Position numbers and translations under genes: made by a program | Notes under the pieces: generated by a model | Database searches by the model: none | Told to the model about the DNA's origin: nothing | What the model saw: the letters and a program-made list of their open reading frames with translations, nothing else | Shown: piece after piece, positions 1-5,854 of the stretch | Layout of the letters: every line of letters starts with the position of its first letter | Numbering within the stretch: position 1 is the stretch's first letter | Assembly (NCBI GenBank): GCA_015231405.1 | Contig: JADGBR010000027.1 | Coordinates: 5,062-37,061, forward strand | Origin: Candidatus Omnitrophota bacterium | GTDB lineage: Bacteria; Omnitrophota; Gorgyraeia; Tantalellales; Tantalellaceae | Length of the DNA stretch: 32,000 bases | Direction of reading: 5' to 3'

Positions 1-882
1 GTTAATTATAGGCGGCCGTCGGGTGGCGGCGAGCATCATCGTAAGCGCGCCGAAAGAAGCAGCCGCGTTCAGGAGGCCCAGGCCTTTCGCTCCTACATGC
101 AGGATGTCGTTGGCGTATACCGGTAGGAGTATTATCGCGCCACCGAAGAATACGGCGAATAGGTCCAGGGCCATGGCGGCTACAAGCGGCTGGATTTTCC
201 AGAGCGCTTTCCAGCCGGTGAGTATGCTTTTAAAAACAGCCCGTTCTTCCTGAATAACTGAGGGATATTTTGGCCGGATGAAAACGGTTAAGATCCACGA
301 TATAAGAAAAAAGACGGCGATAGTGAGGTATGATCCCGCCGCGCCCCGGGCTTCAAAAATAAAACCGATCGCCGCGGGGCCCGCGACGGACGCGCATATC
401 CAGGTGCTCCCTATCCACGACGACGCGTTCACGGTTACGTGTTTCGGAACGACCTGGGCTTCGAAAGCGCTTGATGCCGGGTCGGCGAAACCGCGGGCCA
501 CGCCGGTAAGTAAGATCGCCGCGTAAAGACCCGGGAGCGCTTGGTGATGGGCTCTCGAAGATATATAAGCCAGGAATAGAGCGCATATTACCGAAACCGC
601 GCGTGTGATCAAAAGGACTTTACGGCGGTTAAAATGGTCTGCGATATACCCGCCGAACGGCGCTAGCGCTATGGCTGGTATGGCTTCGATCAAGCCAAGC
701 CACCCGAGCGCGAGAGCGCTGTGCGTTATCTGGTAGATCTGGAAAGCGATCACGACCGCGAGCGAACGGCTGGCCAGGGTAAAAGACCCGACCGCCCCGA
801 TAAAAAGTCGGATATCGGGTACACGCAAGGCTTCAGTGGAACGGTATGGGGTATCTTTGTTGTTCATGAACATGTTCATCAT
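1..882 (-). CDS. MFS transporter, N-terminal ~294 aa (3' end lies beyond window start)
   Basis: It is absent from the ORF track because it is open at the window edge. My minus-strand translation from the ATG at 867 (in-frame ATGs also at 873, 879, 882) reads MNNKDTPYRSTEALRVPDIRLFIGAVGSFTLASRSLAVVIAFQIYQITHSALALGWLGLIEAIPAIALAPFGGYIADHFNRRKVLLITRAVSV..., with no stop down to position 1. It shows TM-helix periodicity and the MFS loop 2-3 motif (G-x-x-x-A-D-x-x-x-R-R-K-V-L). The + strand ORFs 23..253, 278..526 and 721..927 are Ala/Arg/Pro-rich antisense artefacts. Confidence 0.8.
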   Translation of the reverse strand, partial: MMNMFMNNKDTPYRSTEALRVPDIRLFIGAVGSFTLASRSLAVVIAFQIYQITHSALALGWLGLIEAIPAIALAPFGGYIADHFNRRKVLLITRAVSVICALFLAYISSRAHHQALPGLYAAILLTGVARGFADPASSAFEAQVVPKHVTVNASSWIGSTWICASVAGPAAIGFIFEARGAAGSYLTIAVFFLISWILTVFIRPKYPSVIQEERAVFKSILTGWKALWKIQPLVAAMALDLFAVFFGGAIILLPVYANDILHVGAKGLGLLNAAASFGALTMMLAATRRPPIIN

Positions 883-930
883 ATACGTAACTGCTTGACT
901 GTCAACAAAGAAGAGCTCCTCTATTAAGTG

Positions 931-959
931 TTGGCAGTTTTACTTTGTTCTGATAGTAT
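931..959 (+). promoter_or_regulatory. Candidate sigma70-type promoter for corA operon
   Basis: TTGGCA (931-936), a 17-nt spacer, then TAGTAT (954-959), in the divergent intergenic region between the MFS gene and corA. Confidence 0.35.
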
Positions 960-986
960 ATAGCGAATGTAGCGTGCCGGAGGTAA

Positions 987-2099
987 TTGGCAGGATACAA
1001 GAAAGAGGGGGAATTAGTGCAGGGATTCGGTAAATTTTCGTCAAAAAAAGCCGGGCTTACGCCGGGAACGATGGTCTACGTAGGCGATAAAAAGCCGGAA
1101 AAGCCGCGGATAACGATAATCGATTATAGTCAGGATACTTTTACCGAGAAGATAGTCGAGAATATCGAGGATTGTTTTGGTTATAAGGACACCGGGACCG
1201 TGACGTGGATAAACGTCGACGGTCTCCACGACCTGAAGCTTATCGAGAAGCTCGGGCGTAAGTTCGATGTCCACCAGTTAATACTCGAGGACATAGTCGA
1301 TACCGGACAGCGCCCAAAAATAGAAGACGCTGAGACCTATCTCTTTATAATCCTTAGGATGATATATTTCGACGACGATGAGAACGAGATAAAATCAGAG
1401 CAGATAAGCCTTATACTTAACGGGACATGCGTTATTTCTTTTCAGGAGACGGTCGGCGATATATTCGATATCATAAGGGACAGGATAAGGACCGGAGCGG
1501 GTAAGGTGCGGAAAATGGGCGCGGATTATCTGGCGTATTCCCTTGTGGACGCGATAGTGGATAACTACTTTTCTATCATAGAGAAAACAGGCGAGAAGAT
1601 AGAGGACATGGAGGAAGGACTTCTCAATAATCCAACGTTCGAGAATTTAAAGACCATACACGAGCTGAAACGCGGCATAATACAGCTTAGGCGTTCCATC
1701 TGGCCTCTTCGCGAGGTCGTGAACAGCCTGGAAAAAGGAGAATCGCCGCTCATTCAAAAGACCACCAGAGTTTATCTCCGGGACGTCTATGACCACACGA
1801 TACAGGTAATGGATACGGTGGAATCCTTTAGGGATACGGTTTCGGGCCTTTTGGACGTGTATCTGTCAAGCATGAGCAACCGCATGAACGAGGTCATGAA
1901 GGTGCTGACCGTCATCTCCACGATATTCATGCCGCTGACATTTATAACGGGCCTTTACGGTATGAATTTCAATACGGAGGCGTCGCCGTTAAATATGCCG
2001 GAACTGAATTGGAAATACGGGTATGTTTTCATGTGGAGCGTGACCCTCATTATCACCGTCAGCATGGTGGCGTACTTCAAAAGAAAAAAGTGGTTCTAG
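987..2099 (+). CDS. corA: CorA-family magnesium/cobalt transporter
   Basis: The C-terminal signature YGMNF (GMN motif) sits between two TM helices (VLTVISTIFMPLTFITGLYGMNF ... YVFMWSVTLIITVSMVAYF). The length and cytoplasmic N-domain are typical. The track start at 987 is TTG. A GTG at 1017, preceded by AGAGGGGG, is a plausible true start. Confidence 0.9.
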   Translation: MAGYKKEGELVQGFGKFSSKKAGLTPGTMVYVGDKKPEKPRITIIDYSQDTFTEKIVENIEDCFGYKDTGTVTWINVDGLHDLKLIEKLGRKFDVHQLILEDIVDTGQRPKIEDAETYLFIILRMIYFDDDENEIKSEQISLILNGTCVISFQETVGDIFDIIRDRIRTGAGKVRKMGADYLAYSLVDAIVDNYFSIIEKTGEKIEDMEEGLLNNPTFENLKTIHELKRGIIQLRRSIWPLREVVNSLEKGESPLIQKTTRVYLRDVYDHTIQVMDTVESFRDTVSGLLDVYLSSMSNRMNEVMKVLTVISTIFMPLTFITGLYGMNFNTEASPLNMPELNWKYGYVFMWSVTLIITVSMVAYFKRKKWF

Positions 2100-2100
2100 T

Positions 2101-3153
2101 ATGGAAAACTCCAAGAGGCTTTTGAAGTTCCTTGAAAAGAACGCCCGGGAGCTGTCGCCCCTATTGATCCTCACGCACGATTACCCCGACCCGGACGCCA
2201 TAGCCAGCGCTTTTGCGCTGAAATATCTGGCCGAGCGGTATTACGGCATCGATTCCAGGATAGTTTACGGCGGGTTCATCAGCACCGTTCAGAACAGGCA
2301 AATGGTGCGCCTTCTCCACATACCTATTAATAAGGTCACGGGAGCGGACCTTCGGAAATATCAGAATATAGCTCTAGTGGATACCCAGCCGGGGTTCGGG
2401 AATAACTCTTTCCCGAGAGGAAAAAAAGCCGCGATCGTCCTCGATCAGCATTCTCCCGTCGATAGCCGTTCGTCGAAGTTCGCCATCGTCGATACAGGGC
2501 TCAGCGCGACCTGTGAGATACTGGCGGAAGCTCTATTGTCATTAGGTAAACCGATACCGCCATTATTGGCGACGGCTCTTGTCTTCGGGATAATCACCGA
2601 CACTTACGACCTTTACAGGGCCCGCAAAAAGAACGTGTTGAAATTATACCTCCTACTCCTGATGTTCTGCGACATGAAGCGCCTGATCCATCTTAAGAAC
2701 CCTCCCCGGACGAGGAACTTTTTCGCTATGATAAAGAAGGGCATGGAAAAAGCCGCCGTGCACGGTAAACTCATCCGCGCAGATCTCGGGCATGTGCAGG
2801 ACCCTGTCTATGTGGCCCATATCGCGGATTTTCTACTGACCTATGAGAAAGCTGTATGGGCGCTTTGCACCGGGAGGCACAAGGGTAAGCTTTATGTTTC
2901 TCTCAGGGCAGCGTCACTAAAAGGACAGGCTCAGAAGGTGCTGAAGGACGTCATCGAAGATAAGTCCAGGGCGGGAGGGCACGGCGCGATAGCGGGCGGG
3001 AGCGAGGAAGTCGGGGTTGGAGCCCCGGAAAACCTATGGGCGAAGCATGAACATGAACTCACCGCGCGGCTGTTAAGCCGGCTGAAAATAGAGAACTGTA
3101 AAAAAACTGCCCCGTTCCTGCCGGACGCTTGTATTATGCGGGGAAAATTGTAA
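2101..3153 (+). CDS. DHH/DHHA1-family phosphoesterase (NrnA-like nanoRNase/pAp phosphatase family)
   Basis: It has the N-terminal DHH motif I region (LILTHDYPDPDAIASAFAL), a VDTQP motif, a DQH variant of the DHH motif (IVLDQHSP) and the DHHA1 motif GGHGAIAGG. There is a 1-nt gap after the corA stop, so the two are probably co-transcribed. Confidence 0.75.
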   Translation: MENSKRLLKFLEKNARELSPLLILTHDYPDPDAIASAFALKYLAERYYGIDSRIVYGGFISTVQNRQMVRLLHIPINKVTGADLRKYQNIALVDTQPGFGNNSFPRGKKAAIVLDQHSPVDSRSSKFAIVDTGLSATCEILAEALLSLGKPIPPLLATALVFGIITDTYDLYRARKKNVLKLYLLLLMFCDMKRLIHLKNPPRTRNFFAMIKKGMEKAAVHGKLIRADLGHVQDPVYVAHIADFLLTYEKAVWALCTGRHKGKLYVSLRAASLKGQAQKVLKDVIEDKSRAGGHGAIAGGSEEVGVGAPENLWAKHEHELTARLLSRLKIENCKKTAPFLPDACIMRGKL

Positions 3154-3155
3154 TT

Positions 3156-3205
3156 GTGATCCGTGGTTCGTGGATCGTCTATAAGTTAAACGAACCACGA
3201 ATCAC
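3156..3205. repeat. Inverted repeat (15-nt arms, 1 mismatch, 20-nt loop) between the DHH gene and pfkA
   Basis: GTGATCCGTGGTTCG (3156-3170) pairs with CGAACCACGAATCAC (3191-3205). There is no T-tract, so it is not a classical terminator. The core TCGTGGTTCG recurs at 5783-5792 (reverse strand), and GTGATCCGT recurs at about 14634. Confidence 0.5.
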
Positions 3206-3248
3206 GAGTCACGGTTGGTTAATTGAAGTTAAAATAAGAGGAGAATAA

Positions 3249-4343
3249 ATGGGAAAAAAAGTCATGAAAATAGCCATTCTGACCGGCGGCGGGGATTGTC
3301 CCGGCCTTAACGCGGTCATCCGCGCGGTCACGAAAACGCTCATACTGGAAAACAACGCCGAAATCACGGGGATACTTGACGGGTACGACGGTCTTGTTCT
3401 CGAAGAATACCGTAAGCTCGGTTATAGCGATGTTTCCGGTATCCTGGCCATGGGCGGCACGATCCTGGGAACGTCCAATGTGGCCAACCCATATAAATAT
3501 CCCGTTAAAGACTGCGATAAGATAGTGTTCAAGGACCTTTCCAAAACCGTGATAAGGAACCTTAAAAAGCTCGGCGCCGAGTGCCTGGTATGCGTTGGCG
3601 GGGACGGTACTTTGAATATAGCTAATAGCCTCTTTAGGGACGGGGTGCCGGTAGTCGGGATACCTAAGACCATAGATAACGATATTTACGGTACTGACGT
3701 CTCTTTCGGTTTCGACACCGCGATGTCGATAGCCGCGGAAGGGATAGACAGGCTGGAGACCACGGGGCAGTCGCATCACAGGATAATGATACTTGAAGTG
3801 ATGGGTAGAAGGTCGGGGTGGCTGGCTCTTTATGCCGGAGTCGCCGGCGGGGCGGATATTGTCCTACTGCCAGAGATCCCATACGATATGGACGTGGTCG
3901 CTAAAGTCGTTAAAGCCAGGAACGGCATGGGAAAAAGGTTCAGCATGGTAGTAGTATCAGAAGGCGCGAAGCCTAAGGGCGGTGACGTCGTGGGCCGAAA
4001 AGTCCTGAATGACGGTTCTGACCCTATCAGGTTAGGCGGAATAGGGTTCGTCCTCGCCGACGACATAAGCAGGATGACGGGGCTTGAGACAAGGACCGTG
4101 GTTCTCGGGCATCTCATGCGGGGCGGCTCGCCAACCCCATTCGACAGGGTGCTGGGAACAAGGCTCGGCGTAAAAGCCGCCGGCCTCATCCAGAAGAAGA
4201 AATACGGTTACATGGTCGGGGTGAATGGCTCCGACCTGGTCGATGTGCCCCTTACGGTGGTAGCCAAGGGTTCGCGCCTCGTCCCGCCGGACCACGAACT
4301 CATAAAACAGGCCAAAAGCGTAGGGACCTCTTTCGGAGTGTAA
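3249..4343 (+). CDS. pfkA: ATP-dependent 6-phosphofructokinase
   Basis: The N-terminus MKIAILTGGGDCPGLNAVIRAV and the motifs GGDGT (a Gly here favours the ATP-dependent type), PKTIDNDI and MGRRSGWLA are all present. The RBS AGAGGAG lies 7 nt upstream of the ATG at 3249. Confidence 0.9.
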   Translation: MGKKVMKIAILTGGGDCPGLNAVIRAVTKTLILENNAEITGILDGYDGLVLEEYRKLGYSDVSGILAMGGTILGTSNVANPYKYPVKDCDKIVFKDLSKTVIRNLKKLGAECLVCVGGDGTLNIANSLFRDGVPVVGIPKTIDNDIYGTDVSFGFDTAMSIAAEGIDRLETTGQSHHRIMILEVMGRRSGWLALYAGVAGGADIVLLPEIPYDMDVVAKVVKARNGMGKRFSMVVVSEGAKPKGGDVVGRKVLNDGSDPIRLGGIGFVLADDISRMTGLETRTVVLGHLMRGGSPTPFDRVLGTRLGVKAAGLIQKKKYGYMVGVNGSDLVDVPLTVVAKGSRLVPPDHELIKQAKSVGTSFGV

Positions 4344-4406
4344 CAGTGTCAGGCCTCCCCATTGGACAAATTTTTGTCCAATGGGGAGGCCTGACACTGG
4401 TTTTTG
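4344..4406 (+). terminator. Rho-independent terminator formed by a family-A palindromic element
   Basis: A perfect ~27-nt-arm hairpin, CAGTGTCAGGCCTCCCCATTGGACAAA / TTTGTCCAATGGGGAGGCCTGACACTG (4344-4399), starts 1 nt after the pfkA stop and is followed by GTTTTTGTT. Confidence 0.7.
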
Positions 4407-4422
4407 TTGGTGGGTGTAACAA

Positions 4423-4488
4423 TTTCGATAATCGAAAAATTCTATACGATTATCGTTGACAAATAATTCGATATTGGGTAAAATCGAT
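4423..4488. promoter_or_regulatory. Array of TCGAT-centred palindromes overlapping the hspR-like promoter (candidate operator)
   Basis: The palindromes are TTTCGAT-A-ATCGAAA (4423-4437), ACGAT-T-ATCGT (4446-4456, touching the -35), TTCGATA (about 4467) and ATCGAT (4483-4488, just after the -10). Confidence 0.4.
4456..4484 (+). promoter_or_regulatory. Strong sigma70 consensus-like promoter
   Basis: TTGACA (4456-4461), an exactly 17-nt spacer, then TAAAAT (4479-4484), about 20 nt upstream of the hspR-like start. Confidence 0.6.
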
Positions 4489-4504
4489 AGTGGAGGCTCG
4501 GGAT

Positions 4505-4798
4505 ATGAGAACCTTGAGGGAAATAGATAATATTGACGATTTTACGCTGGATCCAAGGGAGCCTGTTTTTACGACCGGCGTGGTTTCCAGGCTGCTCAGT
4601 ATCCCGGTCTGGGTGTTGAAGCAGCTGGATAACGAGGGGATAGTGAGACCTCCGAGAAAAAGCGAGAACGTTTCACGATTGTATACTGTGGTACAGGTAA
4701 AGAAAGTGAAGCGATGTTGGTATTACCTGTCGCAGAAAGGAGTAAAAGTGAAAGCGCTTAAGATAATTCTGGAGATGGAGAAGAAGATGGAGGGCTAA
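4505..4798 (+). CDS. MerR-family heat-shock regulator, HspR-like
   Basis: The MerR-type HTH and wing (FTTGVVSRLLSIPVWVLKQLDNEGIVRPPRKSENVSRLYTVVQVKKVKRCWYYLSQKGVKVKALKIILEME) follow the HspR pattern, and the gene sits directly upstream of two sHSP genes. The track ORF starts at GTG 4490. The ATG at 4505, with GGAGG 7 nt upstream, is preferred. Confidence 0.7.
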   Translation: MRTLREIDNIDDFTLDPREPVFTTGVVSRLLSIPVWVLKQLDNEGIVRPPRKSENVSRLYTVVQVKKVKRCWYYLSQKGVKVKALKIILEMEKKMEG

Positions 4799-4816
4799 AA
4801 AAAATTTGCCTGTGGT

Positions 4817-4843
4817 TTAGCACTCGGCATGTGCGAGTGCCAA
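4817..4843. promoter_or_regulatory. CIRCE element (HrcA operator)
   Basis: TTAGCACTC-GGCATGTGC-GAGTGCCAA matches the consensus TTAGCACTC-N9-GAGTGCTAA with one mismatch. It lies 38 nt upstream of the first hsp20 start. Confidence 0.75.
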
Positions 4844-4880
4844 TAATAAAAAATATAAGTTCAAAGAAGGAGGTTATGTC

Positions 4881-5354
4881 ATGAAACTTGTTCCGTGGAG
4901 AGAAACGAGAAGGGATGCGTGCGACCCGTTCAGGGAGCTCGAGAACATCCAGAGGGAAATGAATCAGCTCTTTAATTTCTCGCTGGACAGGTGGGACGAA
5001 AAACCGTACGGGATACTGGAAAGCGCGTGGAGTCCTGCCATCGATGTGTTCGATTCAAAGGACAACATCTTGGTCAAAGCCGATATCCCGGGGATGAAAA
5101 AAGAGGACATAGAGGTATCGGTGCATGGCGATACTCTTTCCATCAAGGGCGAGAAGAAAGAGGAAAAAGAAGTGAAGGAGAAGGATTTTGTTAAGACGGA
5201 GAGGTTCTACGGATCGTTCACGAGGAGCCTACGCCTTCCGTCGGAGGTCGATTCCGAGAAAGTCACCGCGACGTATAAAGACGGTGTTCTCGAACTCACG
5301 CTCGCGAAAAGGGAAGAAACGAAGCCGAAACAGATAAAAATCGAAATAAAATAA
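4881..5354 (+). CDS. Hsp20/alpha-crystallin small heat-shock protein
   Basis: The alpha-crystallin domain is present (PAIDVFDSKDNILVKADIPGMKKEDIEVSVHGDTLSIKGEKK ... ERFYGSFTRSLRLPSEVDSEKVTATYKDGVLELTLAK). The RBS is GAAGGAGG. Confidence 0.9.
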   Translation: MKLVPWRETRRDACDPFRELENIQREMNQLFNFSLDRWDEKPYGILESAWSPAIDVFDSKDNILVKADIPGMKKEDIEVSVHGDTLSIKGEKKEEKEVKEKDFVKTERFYGSFTRSLRLPSEVDSEKVTATYKDGVLELTLAKREETKPKQIKIEIK

Positions 5355-5366
5355 GGAGGAACGAAT

Positions 5367-5717
5367 ATGGAGAACAAAAAAGACGCTCTAAGAACAATAG
5401 TCCCAGCCGTGAGCGTCAAGGACTCGGGTAAGGAGATAATACTCGAAGCCGAGATGCCCGGGCTCAAGAGGGAGGATATCGCCATAGAGATCGAAGGCGA
5501 CGGCCTCAAGATACACGGAAAGAAAAACAACTGTGCCGCTCCGGAAGGATACAGGACCATCTGGTCCGAAAGATGCGGTTACGAGTACTCTAGGTCCTTT
5601 ATACTCACCGAGGAGGTAAACAGGGAAAAGGTCCAGGCGAAATACGCCGACGGACTCCTCACCCTGACCATCCCGAAGTCCGAACACGCGGCGCCGAGGA
5701 AGATAGCGATACAGTAA
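5367..5717 (+). CDS. Hsp20/alpha-crystallin small heat-shock protein (short paralogue)
   Basis: The alpha-crystallin core is present (IILEAEMPGLKREDIAIEIEGDGLKIHGKK ... YSRSFILTEEVNREKVQAKYADGLLTLTIPK). The RBS is AAGGAGG. A 12-nt gap after the first hsp20 suggests co-transcription. Confidence 0.85.
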   Translation: MENKKDALRTIVPAVSVKDSGKEIILEAEMPGLKREDIAIEIEGDGLKIHGKKNNCAAPEGYRTIWSERCGYEYSRSFILTEEVNREKVQAKYADGLLTLTIPKSEHAAPRKIAIQ

Positions 5718-5719
5718 CA

Positions 5720-5781
5720 AATAGGTGTCAGGCCTCCCCATTAGACATTTTTTTGTCTAATGGGGAGGCCTGACACCTATT
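5720..5781 (+). terminator. Second family-A palindromic hairpin (probable terminator of the sHSP operon)
   Basis: AATAGGTGTCAGGCCTCCCCATTAGACA-TTTTTT-TGTCTAATGGGGAGGCCTGACACCTATT begins 3 nt after the stop codon. It shares the core GTGTCAGGCCTCCCCATTrGACA with 4344-4399. Confidence 0.6.
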
Positions 5782-5793
5782 CGAACCACGAAA

Positions 5794-5822
5794 TTGAACA
5801 GGTGACGTCCCTATTATATTCT
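5794..5822 (+). promoter_or_regulatory. Candidate promoter for the RyR/AAA+ - TIR-STAND cassette
   Basis: TTGAAC (5794-5799) is followed by TATATT (15-nt spacer) or TATTCT (17-nt spacer). It lies between the hairpin terminator and the strong RBS AAGGGGGAG of the 5855 gene. Confidence 0.3.
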
Positions 5823-5854
5823 GCTAAAATAACCCCTAACAAAAGGGGGAGATC

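Noticed and set aside
23-927. Plus-strand ORFs 23..253, 278..526 and 721..927.
   Set aside because: They have Ala/Arg/Pro-rich translations with no motifs. The minus strand carries an uninterrupted MFS-transporter frame across the whole interval.
3219-4397. Minus-strand ORFs 3219..3779, 3830..4189 and 4032..4397.
   Set aside because: They are antisense to the unambiguous pfkA frame. The last one also reads through the terminator palindrome.
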